Origin: Endomicrobium sp.
GTDB taxonomy: Bacteria; Elusimicrobiota; Endomicrobiia; Endomicrobiales; Endomicrobiaceae
Assembly: GCA_031286985.1 (NCBI GenBank)
Contig: JAITTL010000027.1
Coordinates: forward strand, 8,732-72,731
Length of the DNA: 64,000 nucleotides
Direction of reading: 5' to 3'
Below the pieces are notes generated by a model. It did no database searches, had not been told where the DNA came from, and was given only the letters and a program-made list of their open reading frames with translations. The position numbers were made by a program, and so were the translations under genes. Shown piece by piece: positions 38,175-47,777 of this stretch. Position 1 is the first letter of the stretch. Every line of letters begins with the position of its first letter.

Positions 38175-39197
38175 TTACCAATTTGATAACGAAAGAGACG
38201 GATTTGATTTTAACTCCGACGTCTTATATTCCAATCCACATTTTTTTTGCTTTAAGTATGCGACACATCCAATCATAGCTGCATTGTCACAACAGTACGT
38301 AAGTGATGGCATAAATATCTTAATCTTGTTGGCTTTACCCATTTTTTTAAACGTCTTTCTCAGTAAAGAATTTGCACTAACACCACCACCTAAAGTTATT
38401 TGCTTTAAATCAAATCGTTTTGCAGCTTCAAAAGTTTTAAAGGTAATAGTTTCTACAATAGCTTGTCTAAAAGAAGCACATATGTCATTTAATTGTTTTT
38501 CAATTTTAACAGGATTCGATTTTATATAATTTAAAAGAGCTGTTTTTATCCCAGAAAAAGAAAAATCCCAACTACCCTTTAAATATGGCCTAGTAAATTG
38601 TACTGCTTGAGGGTCACCTTTTTCTGCCATCAAATCTATAACCGGTCCTCCTGGATAAGATAACTTTAACATCTTAGCGGCTTTATCAAATGCTTCACCT
38701 GCAGCATCATCTCTTGTTTCACCAAGTATTTTGTATTTTCCAAAATCTTCGACTATTATTAATTCAGTATGTCCCCCTGATATAACTACACTTAAAAACG
38801 GAGGTTTTATTGCTTTATTTTCTATGAAAGAGGAATATAAATGACCTTCTATATGATTTACAGGAATTAACGGTTTTTCATAAACACTTGCTATAGATTT
38901 TGCGGCGACGGCCCCAACCAAAAGGGATCCTGCAAGACCTGGGCCAATTGTGAATGCAACTGCATCAATTTTTTTGTGAAAATCACCAAATTTTATATCT
39001 GCATCATATAAAGCACGGCGTACCACAGGATTTATATTTTCTATATGTGCACGACTGGCAAGCTCAGGGACAACCCCAAAAAATTTGGAATGTATTTTTA
39101 TTTGAGACGAAATAACAACAGATTTTACGTTCGATCCATTTGAAACTACAGCTGCTGAAGTTTCATCGCAAGAAGTTTCCAAAGCAAGTATATTCAC
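38175..39197 (-). CDS. tsaD: tRNA N6-adenosine threonylcarbamoyltransferase TsaD
   Basis: 340 aa. ILALETSCDETSAAVV, VNHIEGHL, GGVSAN motifs (Kae1/TsaD family). Confidence 0.95.
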   Translation of the reverse strand: MNILALETSCDETSAAVVSNGSNVKSVVISSQIKIHSKFFGVVPELASRAHIENINPVVRRALYDADIKFGDFHKKIDAVAFTIGPGLAGSLLVGAVAAKSIASVYEKPLIPVNHIEGHLYSSFIENKAIKPPFLSVVISGGHTELIIVEDFGKYKILGETRDDAAGEAFDKAAKMLKLSYPGGPVIDLMAEKGDPQAVQFTRPYLKGSWDFSFSGIKTALLNYIKSNPVKIEKQLNDICASFRQAIVETITFKTFEAAKRFDLKQITLGGGVSANSLLRKTFKKMGKANKIKIFMPSLTYCCDNAAMIGCVAYLKQKKCGLEYKTSELKSNPSLSLSNW

Positions 39198-39311
39198 TTC
39201 TTGCCTCCGACCATTTTGAAAATTTTAGTGATGTAAAAAATCATTCAAAACTTACACAAATCTACAATTAACATTCATTTTTGCTTGAAAGTGTTAGCAA
39301 GTACTAGATAG

Positions 39312-39572
39312 CTAGCTTACGGCACGCTTAAAAAAGCCAAATATTTTTATAGATTTAAACCTTATTTTTCTGTAAAGTTCACACCACCTACCAGCGGTAC
39401 TGCCTTTAACTGCAACAAAGCAGTTTATTATTTTTTTATCAAGAGCCACATTTTCACGTATTTTTTGTTCACAAATTGGCTGAATCGAAAACCACATACC
39501 TACGCCACAAAGAAACAACAATACAACACATATTTTAATTTTCAATGTACTCTTTTTTACATCATCTGCCAT
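39312..39572 (-). CDS. Hypothetical small membrane-anchored protein
   Basis: 86-aa ORF with one predicted TM (ICVVLLFLCGVGMWF). Same strand as its neighbours. No recognisable family. Coding status unproven. Confidence 0.35.
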   Translation of the reverse strand: MADDVKKSTLKIKICVVLLFLCGVGMWFSIQPICEQKIRENVALDKKIINCFVAVKGSTAGRWCELYRKIRFKSIKIFGFFKRAVS

Positions 39573-39722
39573 TAACTATTTCTCCTTCTCCAGTAAAACT
39601 TTATTACTACTTTTACTACTTTAAGTAAACACTTTTCCACACAAACCACACCGCCTATTCACACAGTAAAATAAGAACCACTTTTTCATTGTCAAAAACA
39701 AACCGTCAGCAAAATCTCTATT

Positions 39723-40925
39723 TTAACCTTGAGTGGGTTTTAACCAAAGTATAGGGTCAACAGGAACACTATTTTGTCTGATCTCGAAATACAAAGTACT
39801 ATTTTTCTTTTTACCTAAATCAGCGATAACATCACCTTTTAACACCTTCTGATTTTCTTTAACAAATAGACGATCCAAAAGACCGTAAATCGAAAAAATT
39901 GAATTACTGTGAGCTATTATGATAACACTTCCATATGAATGAAACTGCCCCGCAAAAACAACTTCTCCAGGACCAACACATTTTACTTGATTTGAACCAT
40001 CAGCACTAATTTTTATTCCATTACTTATGATATAAGCATCCAATTCTACATGCCTAATCTTACCAAACCTAGCTATAACTTTTCCATTTACGGGCCAAGA
40101 AAACGAACCATCCATTTTCTCGTGCTTACTCTTAGCGGTGGTTATTTGCTCTTGTTTACTCGTTTCAATAATTTTGTTTATCAACATTTGAATAGTCTTT
40201 GCATTATTGTTTAAAACTTTCATTTCTTTCTCTATTTCACACTTTTTATCAACCATTATCTTCAACAATTTTTTCTTTTTATCAAGCATATTTTCTAAAT
40301 GCGCAATATGTTTATTTTTACATTGTTGCAATTCCAAAAGTTTTTTTTCAACCTCTTTCCATTTCTGTATATCGGATGCTGAAGCAGATATATTTCTTTT
40401 TGCCTTTCGAAGAATTAGTGTTTTCTGTTCAAGAGATTTAAACCTTATTTTATATTCAAAAGGATTTTGTTCATACGAAAATTTGAAAATTGTTTTCCAT
40501 AAATCTCGCCATTGTTGAAGAATAACTTGATTTAGATCAGAACTTTTTGAAAAAGAGGAGTTATGCATTTTAAAAGATTTTTCAAGATTAAGCCGTGCTG
40601 TCTTTATCTCAAACAAACACTGTTTTAAGTCTTTTTTTGCCTGCTCTGTCTTGCCAGTAAGGGATTTGATTTGTGCCTCAATTGTTTTCATATCCGACGA
40701 ACACTTGATAATGTTTTTTTTCACCTTCTCTATTTCAGTTGAAATTTTTACAAATTCTTCATGCATATCTTTTGAACGAACAGTGCTTACCTGTTTTGAA
40801 CTTGTCTCCACATTTGAACGCATAGACGTCTGCTTCGATATTGTTTGCACATTTCCACTAGCACACGCAAAAACAAAAGGATGAGATAATAAAACAGTTA
40901 AAACAAATGTTTTTTTTATCATCAT
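39723..40925 (-). CDS. envC: EnvC-like coiled-coil protein with degenerate LytM (M23) domain
   Basis: 400 aa. Signal sequence, about 230 aa of coiled coil, and a C-terminal M23 fold. The HxxxD and HxH metal ligands are absent (SNGIKISADG; TLYFEIR instead of HLHFE), as in the E. coli amidase activator EnvC. ATGA overlap with ftsX. Confidence 0.75.
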   Translation of the reverse strand: MMIKKTFVLTVLLSHPFVFACASGNVQTISKQTSMRSNVETSSKQVSTVRSKDMHEEFVKISTEIEKVKKNIIKCSSDMKTIEAQIKSLTGKTEQAKKDLKQCLFEIKTARLNLEKSFKMHNSSFSKSSDLNQVILQQWRDLWKTIFKFSYEQNPFEYKIRFKSLEQKTLILRKAKRNISASASDIQKWKEVEKKLLELQQCKNKHIAHLENMLDKKKKLLKIMVDKKCEIEKEMKVLNNNAKTIQMLINKIIETSKQEQITTAKSKHEKMDGSFSWPVNGKVIARFGKIRHVELDAYIISNGIKISADGSNQVKCVGPGEVVFAGQFHSYGSVIIIAHSNSIFSIYGLLDRLFVKENQKVLKGDVIADLGKKKNSTLYFEIRQNSVPVDPILWLKPTQG

Positions 40926-41659
40926 ATGTTATCCATTATAATACCGATAATGGCAGCAAAAAATATCGAGCATAAAATCGCACCTCCACTAATTACCAAA
41001 GAGTACTGTACAATCCACACAGCAAAAAAACCAAATGCCGATGCAATAACATACGAAAAAATATTCTTAGCAGATTCTTTCAATCCTCCCTTGAGAAAAG
41101 AAGATACAACCTTAAGAATGAATAAAATTAATATCAACACAACAAAAATACAAGATATTTTTTGACAAAATAATTTCAAATTTTCAATTTTAACGTAGTG
41201 CTCAAACGCCGATGCATCAAAAACCACTTCGTCAATACCCGAAATTTTCTCTAAACTGTTTCTCATTTTTAAAATAAAATCTTCATCTGGAATGGATTTT
41301 GGAACGACTACAACATAAGCTTGCATTGCCTTTAGGTCATCTGGTACAGAAACATCTTTTAGAATTGGATTTTTTTTAACAGCTTTTGCATACGCCTCAG
41401 ATGCATTAACATGTTCTCTAACGGACACTAATTGTGTTGCCTCAATGGCTTTGACCACATTTTCGTTATCCCTGACGTTGTTATCAAAAAATATGGCTAC
41501 GTTTAAATTTTTAGACAAAGCTGTAGCATACTCTTTAATCCGATAAAAATGATTGATAATTAAAACAAAAAAGATACAAAAAAACGCAACACCAACAAAT
41601 TTTATGACGGTAGAAACTGCTTTTAAAACGGATTCTTTTTTTTCCATAGCACCCCTCAC
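40922..41659 (-). CDS. ftsX: FtsX-like cell-division permease
   Basis: 245 aa. TM1, an extracytoplasmic domain of about 110 aa (NLNVAIFFDNNV...VSVREHVNASEAYAKAV), then 3 C-terminal TMs. Coupled to the envC-like gene. Confidence 0.7.
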   Translation of the reverse strand: MRGAMEKKESVLKAVSTVIKFVGVAFFCIFFVLIINHFYRIKEYATALSKNLNVAIFFDNNVRDNENVVKAIEATQLVSVREHVNASEAYAKAVKKNPILKDVSVPDDLKAMQAYVVVVPKSIPDEDFILKMRNSLEKISGIDEVVFDASAFEHYVKIENLKLFCQKISCIFVVLILILFILKVVSSFLKGGLKESAKNIFSYVIASAFGFFAVWIVQYSLVISGGAILCSIFFAAIIGIIMDNI

Positions 41660-41726
41660 AAAAAAACGACTTTACGCCAATCTATACTTCCTTTCCAATA
41701 TACACACCTTCCACATACAGTGCGAA

Positions 41727-43466
41727 TTATAGCACATTAATACCAGGAACGTTTTTTTCGCTTACAAGAGAAATGAAATTATCGATTGTCATTGCACCTA
41801 AATCTTTATTTCCTCTTGCCCTTACAGAAACAGTTCCAGAACTTGTTTCTTTATCGCCAACAATAACAATATAGCAAGCTTTTTGCATAGCATTTTCCCT
41901 TATTTTATATCCGATTTTTTCAGGTCTGTCATCAAAAACAACTCTTATTCCATTTTTTTGTAATTTTTGAGACAAATTTTGACAATATTGATGTTGTTGT
42001 TTGGCAACGCTGATAATTACGACCTGAACTGGAGAAAGCCAAAAAGGCAGTGCACCAGCATAATGTTCTAAAAGAACACCTATAAACCTTTCTAGAGAGC
42101 CAAATAATGCTCTGTGAATCATATAAGGTCTTGCTCTTTTGCCTGACGAATCAACATATGAGATATCAAATCTTTCAGGAAGATTAAAATCAAACTGTAT
42201 CGTTGAACATTGCCACAATCTTCCTATTGCATCTGTGACTTTTATATCGATTTTGGGTCCGTAAAAAGCCCCACCGCCATCGTCAATTTCATAATCGTAA
42301 CCTGTTTTTTTCAAGATGTTCTCTATTGAGTTTTCTGCTTTATCCCAATCGTTTATTTCCCCAACATATTTTCCTTTGGGTCTAGTAGAAAAATAGATTT
42401 TGTAATCATTAAATCCAAAAATTTTAAGGCAATCTATAGCCATGCCAAATACTCTAAGAAGCTCATCTTCTAACTGATCTGGAATAACAATAACGTGCCC
42501 ATCATCCTGCGTGAAACCTCTAACCCTTAAAAGTCCATGCAGAACGCCTGACTTTTCAAATCTATAAACCGTCCCTAGCTCAGCATACCTTACAGGGAGT
42601 TCCCTATAAGAATGAAGTTTGGCTTTATATATCATCAAATGCATTGGGCAATTCATAGGTTTTACGCGGTAGGGCTGTCCCTCTATTTCCATAGAAGCAT
42701 ACATATTTTCAGAATAAGTTTGTAAATGCCCACTTATTTCAAAAAGCTCCTCACTTGCAATGTGAGGTGTGACTAAAATGCTGTATCCATTGTCAACATG
42801 AAACTTTTTCCAATAATTTTCAATAATGCCTCTCAAAATAGCACCTTTGGGATGCCAAAGAATCAAACCACCACCAACAGAATCGTTAATACTGAATAAA
42901 TCTAAATCTTTTCCAAGTCTTCGATGGTCTCTCTTTTTAGCCTCTTCAATCTTTGTTAAATAATCTTGCAAATCTTGATTTGTAAAAAATGCGGTTCCAT
43001 AAATTCTTTGAAGTTGCTCCTTCGAAGAATCTCCTCTCCAGTAGGCACCTGCGACAGAAAGAATCTTAAAATACTTAAGCTCTCCTGTAAAACCCAAATG
43101 CGGACCTTTGCATAAGTCTGTAAAATTTCCTGATTTGTATATGCTTACCTTGTCATCAGCGATTTGAGATGCTATTTCAGCTTTATATTTTTCACCATTT
43201 TCTTGAAATTGCGCAATAGCTTCAACTTTAGACACCAACGAACTCTCAAAAGGGTGATTTTGTTTTATTATTTCTTTCATCTTTTCTTCGATTTTTACTA
43301 AATCGTCACATGTGAAGGGTTCAATTCTGTCAAAATCGTAATAAAAACCATTAGCTATCGGCGGTCCAATCGCAATTTTCGTATGCGGAAAAAGCTCAGT
43401 AACAGCAGCAGCCATTATATGCGCAGCAGAATGTCTCAAAGTATTTAGTGATTTTTGTTCATCCAT
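41727..43466 (-). CDS. thrS: Threonine--tRNA ligase (no N-terminal TGS domain)
   Basis: 579 aa. Starts at the editing domain (LRHSAAHIMAAAVTELFPHTKIAIGPPIANGFYYDF), followed by class II core motifs and an anticodon-binding domain. An in-frame TGA lies 2 codons upstream of the ATG. Confidence 0.95.
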   Translation of the reverse strand: MDEQKSLNTLRHSAAHIMAAAVTELFPHTKIAIGPPIANGFYYDFDRIEPFTCDDLVKIEEKMKEIIKQNHPFESSLVSKVEAIAQFQENGEKYKAEIASQIADDKVSIYKSGNFTDLCKGPHLGFTGELKYFKILSVAGAYWRGDSSKEQLQRIYGTAFFTNQDLQDYLTKIEEAKKRDHRRLGKDLDLFSINDSVGGGLILWHPKGAILRGIIENYWKKFHVDNGYSILVTPHIASEELFEISGHLQTYSENMYASMEIEGQPYRVKPMNCPMHLMIYKAKLHSYRELPVRYAELGTVYRFEKSGVLHGLLRVRGFTQDDGHVIVIPDQLEDELLRVFGMAIDCLKIFGFNDYKIYFSTRPKGKYVGEINDWDKAENSIENILKKTGYDYEIDDGGGAFYGPKIDIKVTDAIGRLWQCSTIQFDFNLPERFDISYVDSSGKRARPYMIHRALFGSLERFIGVLLEHYAGALPFWLSPVQVVIISVAKQQHQYCQNLSQKLQKNGIRVVFDDRPEKIGYKIRENAMQKACYIVIVGDKETSSGTVSVRARGNKDLGAMTIDNFISLVSEKNVPGINVL

Positions 43467-43637
43467 TTTTCATTTATCCGTACATGAAGCTTTATCGTAT
43501 TAACCACCATTGCCTATATGAATTATACAACATTTTACTCAAGTCAAAAAAATAAGTCTTAAAAAAAGAATTAAGAGATACAAAAAACATATACGTGATT
43601 CCAATACGTATTTTATAAAGTGTTTGGTTCTACCAGG

Positions 43638-44261
43638 CTATTTTTCTTCCAAAACTTTAACGGCTGTATCTAGGGTTGAATCCTCAACACCAAAAGATAA
43701 TTCCATTTCAGGAGGACTGTCGATTGGGCGTAACTCTCTCGATATACCATCAATTACTGGCAGCTCGTTTAAATGTGTGAGTCCGAAATGTTTTAAAAAA
43801 TCATGAGTTGTACCGTATAGTGAAGGCCTTCCTAAGGCTTCTTTCTTACCAGCTATTTTGATTAGTTTTTTTTCAAGAAGTGTAGCTATTACACCAGAAG
43901 AATCAATTCCTCTTATGTTATCGATATCCATTTTTGTTATCGGCTGTTTATATGCAATTATTGCCAATGTTTCCAAGGCGGATGGAGACAATCTAAGAAC
44001 TGCTTTCTCTTTAAGAATTTTTTTTATCCAAATAGAATATTCTGGTTTTGTAGCAAAAGTCCAGCCTCCAGCTATAAACTTAATTTCATAAGGTTTATTT
44101 AGGACTATATACTCATTTCTTAACTCATTCAAAATATCTTCAATTTGAGATGTATCTGAATAATCCGGCTTTAATATTTCTTTCAATTCTTTTAAATTTA
44201 AAGGTTTTTCACAAGCAAAAAGCACAGCTTCCAAAATCTGCTTAACTTTCAATACTTCCAT
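43638..44261 (-). CDS. scpB: Segregation and condensation protein B
   Basis: 207 aa. ILEAVLFACEKPL..., ETLAIIAYKQPITKMDIDNIRG, GRPSLYGTT motifs. Confidence 0.9.
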   Translation of the reverse strand: MEVLKVKQILEAVLFACEKPLNLKELKEILKPDYSDTSQIEDILNELRNEYIVLNKPYEIKFIAGGWTFATKPEYSIWIKKILKEKAVLRLSPSALETLAIIAYKQPITKMDIDNIRGIDSSGVIATLLEKKLIKIAGKKEALGRPSLYGTTHDFLKHFGLTHLNELPVIDGISRELRPIDSPPEMELSFGVEDSTLDTAVKVLEEK

Positions 44262-44297
44262 TTCACTCCACCTTGAACCATGTATTTGGAATTAATT

Positions 44298-45047
44298 TTA
44301 ATTAGCACAATGCTGCTTATTTTTTCCTATTTCCTTCAAATCAGAATTATCTTCATTGCAAATTTTATAAATTCTTATTTCTGAAAATAGCTCTGATTGT
44401 TTGGCAATAATTTGTTTGTTTTTTATAAGTTCTAATACGGCCATGAAACAAACTATTAAAGATATTTTAGTATTTTGTGTTTCCAAAATTTTTGTAAATG
44501 AAATATGTTGTTTACCTTCTAAAGCATCAAGAATTTCTCTGATTTTAGTTTCAATCGGAATTTCCTGATATATAATTTCCCTTACATCATCTGGAAGAGC
44601 GATCAAAGTTTTACGAAAACTGTCCATTAACTCAAAGATTGTGGCATCTAAAACAAAATCCTGTTTGTTGACAGCATGGACTGGCCTGTAGTAGATTTGC
44701 GAATTTTCTATTATTTTATGTGACAACAGTTCAGCTATTTCTTTATATTTTTGGTATTCAACTAATTTATTTTTAAGTTGATCAAAAGGGCCATCTTCTT
44801 CGATGTTTTTTTGATCATCACACGGAAGAAGATGTTTAACCTTTATCTGCATGAGTGTTGATGCCATCACGAGAAACTCTCCAGCAACATCGATGTTAAG
44901 ATCATACATTAGATCAAGATACCCAAGATATTCAGCTGTTATATCGGCTATTTTTATTTCGTTGATTTCAAGATCATCTTTTTTAATAAGATGCAAAAGA
45001 AGGTCTAATGGCCCTTCGAACACATCAAGATGTATATCATATTCCAC
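44298..45047 (-). CDS. scpA: Segregation and condensation protein A (kleisin)
   Basis: 249 aa. FEGPLDLLLHLIKKDDLEI and VCFMAVLELIK motifs. Upstream of scpB. Confidence 0.9.
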   Translation of the reverse strand: MEYDIHLDVFEGPLDLLLHLIKKDDLEINEIKIADITAEYLGYLDLMYDLNIDVAGEFLVMASTLMQIKVKHLLPCDDQKNIEEDGPFDQLKNKLVEYQKYKEIAELLSHKIIENSQIYYRPVHAVNKQDFVLDATIFELMDSFRKTLIALPDDVREIIYQEIPIETKIREILDALEGKQHISFTKILETQNTKISLIVCFMAVLELIKNKQIIAKQSELFSEIRIYKICNEDNSDLKEIGKNKQHCAN

Positions 45048-45063
45048 AATAATTCCCTGCCTA

Positions 45064-46038
45064 CTAAAACTTTAAAGCTTGACGAATTTCCGCCATTGTT
45101 TTTTGTGCAGTTTCCATAGCCTTTAGATTTCCCATCTCAATTATTTTCTTTAAATATGCTTTGTCTGAAATCACGTTTCTTCGTTTTTCAGTTAAAGGCT
45201 TCATAAATTCCGAAAGCATTTCAACTACTTGTTTTTTACATGATACACAACCAATTGTTCCCGTTTTACATTCTTCCTTTCTCTTTTTACATTCAGCACC
45301 AAATATTTCATAATATGAAAAAATAACACAACCATCTGGATGCCCTAAATCGCTTATTCTAACTTTTAAAGGATCCGTAAACATAGTTTGAACTTTATTT
45401 TTCAAAATATCAACACTTTCGCCCAGTAAAACCGAATTGTTGTAAGATTTTGACATCTTTCTTCCATCTAAACCTGGAACCTTTGCTGTTTTTGTAAGTT
45501 TCTCTTTTGGTTCTATCAAAATATTTCCATAAAAGTTGTTAAATCTTCTTGCTATCTCACGTGTGAATTCTAAATGTGAAAGCTGATCTTGCCCAATAGG
45601 AATTATACTAGCTTTATACAATAAAATATCCGCAGCCATTAAAACTGGATATCCTAAAAAACCGTAATTGCTAAGATCTTTATTTTTGATTTCCTTTATC
45701 TGTTTTCTATAAGTTGGGCATCTTTGCAACCAGCTCAAAGGAGCTATCATAGAAAGTATCAAAAACAATTCACTATGTTGCGGAACTTTCGACTGTTCAA
45801 AAATCACAACTTTTTGCGGATCTATCCCAACAGTAACCCAATCAGCAACCATCTCCAAAATGTTTTCTTCAATTTTTGAAGTATCAGTATAATCAGTGGT
45901 TAAAGCATGCCAGTCAGATAACATATAGTAGCAATCACATTCATTCTGCAACTCAACCCAATTTTTTAAAGCACCAAAATAGTGCCCTAAATGAAGCCTT
46001 CCTGTCGTACGCATCCCGGACAACACCCTTTTTCTCAT
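45064..46038 (-). CDS. trpS: Tryptophan--tRNA ligase
   Basis: 324 aa. SGMRTTGRLHLGHY (HIGH), KMSKS, GYPVLMAADIL motifs. Confidence 0.95.
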   Translation of the reverse strand: MRKRVLSGMRTTGRLHLGHYFGALKNWVELQNECDCYYMLSDWHALTTDYTDTSKIEENILEMVADWVTVGIDPQKVVIFEQSKVPQHSELFLILSMIAPLSWLQRCPTYRKQIKEIKNKDLSNYGFLGYPVLMAADILLYKASIIPIGQDQLSHLEFTREIARRFNNFYGNILIEPKEKLTKTAKVPGLDGRKMSKSYNNSVLLGESVDILKNKVQTMFTDPLKVRISDLGHPDGCVIFSYYEIFGAECKKRKEECKTGTIGCVSCKKQVVEMLSEFMKPLTEKRRNVISDKAYLKKIIEMGNLKAMETAQKTMAEIRQALKF

Positions 46039-46066
46039 ACAAAACCTCTTGTTTTATCTAGATATT

Positions 46067-46684
46067 CTAAAGAGCAGCGTTGGCAAAGTCCCATACAAAT
46101 TTATTTATCGGAACAAATAAGACCAGTAGAAATAATATTGTACAACAAACGTACCGGTTCAAGCCTAAGTATCCCTCAGCAACCTTTTCCGGTAAAAAAT
46201 ACGCTATAATTTTTGAGCCATCCAAAGGAGGAACTGGTAATAAATTTACGATAAGAAGAAGTGTGTTTAGGCCAAGCATTATATATAAAAATATTCCTAT
46301 CGATCCACCCAATCCTGATTGAAAACTCGGAAACATTTTTATGAGACGTATTCCTATTCCTGAAAAAACTGCAAGTAACATACTGGAAATAGGTCCAGCA
46401 AGTAAAATCAATAGGACATCTAGCTTGGGATTTTTTAGATTTTTGCAATTTACAGGGACAGGTTTGCCCCATCCAATAATAAGAGGAAATTTAGCTAGCA
46501 ACAACACTGTCGGCAAAATAACACTTCCCAACAAATCTAAATGTACCATCGGATTTAAAGTAAGACGCCCAGCCATTTTGGCAGTATCATCACCCCTGAC
46601 GTAAGAAATAAATCCTTGTGCCATTTCACGAATTACAATAGAAAAAATCAGAGCGATAATCTGTACAAATACAATACTTAACAT
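46067..46684 (-). CDS. Peptidase M50 (site-2 protease) family membrane protein with degenerate active site (RExxQ instead of HExxH)
   Basis: 205 aa. Collinear with the YwhC-like M50 subfamily (...GDDTAKMAGRLTLNPMVHLDLLGS..., LLPVPPLDGSKI). The zinc-binding HEFxH position reads IREMAQG. Confidence 0.75.
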   Translation of the reverse strand: MLSIVFVQIIALIFSIVIREMAQGFISYVRGDDTAKMAGRLTLNPMVHLDLLGSVILPTVLLLAKFPLIIGWGKPVPVNCKNLKNPKLDVLLILLAGPISSMLLAVFSGIGIRLIKMFPSFQSGLGGSIGIFLYIMLGLNTLLLIVNLLPVPPLDGSKIIAYFLPEKVAEGYLGLNRYVCCTILFLLVLFVPINKFVWDFANAAL

Positions 46685-47086
46685 CGTCTTGTAAACCTAC
46701 ATTAATTCTTAAATTTTAAGAGATAAGAGAATTGTACAACATTTTACATAAAAACTGCACGAACTGTTTTGCACTTCCTCGAATTTAAATCAACCTAGCC
46801 AACCACCATCAAAAGTATACTAAATTATTTCACTAATTGCATGGGCCCATATAGCCCATCCCTCGTTGTTTCAGGGCTCTCCAAAAATTTAAATTAAAGC
46901 AATATTATATCTTGTTTTTTCAGTTAAATATTATTCTTAACTTTCGATAACGCTTTCTTGACCTTGTTCTCTTTCTGCAATAATAACATATGTAACACTT
47001 TTCCAATCTACCATGCATTTGTCTCTTTGGGTATTATCATTTTTTACCACTCTTTTTATTCTACTTAAAAAATGGCCACATTTGTT

Positions 47087-47114
47087 TTGACTTTAACGGT
47101 AAAATTGATAAATT
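47087..47114 (+). promoter_or_regulatory. Candidate sigma70-type promoter for the plus-strand SpoVG-like/GGDEF operon
   Basis: TTGACT (47087-47092), a 16-nt spacer, then TAAATT (47109-47114) preceded by TGa (extended -10). About 80 nt upstream of the ATG at 47193. Pattern match only, in very AT-rich DNA. Confidence 0.25.
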
Positions 47115-47192
47115 TTTATCTAATTTGGTACAATTAAATTCGTCGCGTTTGCTTTAGTCTGTAGCTGTATATGGTAAGTGTGAAGATAAAAA

Positions 47193-47777
47193 ATGATGAT
47201 TATGCGATGCGGTAAAACTCTATCTTTGTCTTTTATTGCCTTCGTTGTAGTGAGTTCTTATCTTTTTGCAGATTTGAGAGTTACGAAAATTTCACGGAGT
47301 GGTACCGATGTTTCTGTATGTTTAAATGATGATATTGTGATTTCGAATGTGGTACTCCTAAAAAACAATGATCTTAAGTTACCAAAGTATCATAAGGGAT
47401 CAAGACAATATACCCAGTTTTCGATTTTAAAAAGAGATTTTAAACAATATTTGATTGACGCTCTGTCTAATAACAGAACGTCATCGAAAATTAAAAGCAC
47501 TTCATTTAAAATAAACAAATTTTCAATTTTTATAGGAAAGCATGAAACGATAAGAGCTTTTGCTTCCGTGATTTTTGACGATGACATTGAAGTTGAGTGT
47601 CGTGTTATGCGGGGACGTGATGGGTTATGGGTTGCTTGGCCTTGTAACAAAATTAATGGTGTTTGGGCTAAAAATTTAAAATTCATAAATAGAAATTTAA
47701 AGAAACAAATTGAACAAGAGTTGATAACACGTTATACCTCTGTTGTTAATAAAAATGTTAAAGTGGAAAGCAACTAA
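47193..47777 (+). CDS. Signal-peptide-bearing protein with two SpoVG-like repeats
   Basis: 194 aa. N-terminus MMIMRCGKTLSLSFIAFVVVSSYLFA|DLRV. The C-terminal repeat RAFASVIFDDDIEVECRVMRGRDGLWVAWP closely parallels B. subtilis SpoVG [31 protein letters not shown]. The N-terminal repeat VSVCLNDDIVISNVVLLKNNDLKLP is a weaker copy. Confidence 0.6.
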   Translation: MMIMRCGKTLSLSFIAFVVVSSYLFADLRVTKISRSGTDVSVCLNDDIVISNVVLLKNNDLKLPKYHKGSRQYTQFSILKRDFKQYLIDALSNNRTSSKIKSTSFKINKFSIFIGKHETIRAFASVIFDDDIEVECRVMRGRDGLWVAWPCNKINGVWAKNLKFINRNLKKQIEQELITRYTSVVNKNVKVESN

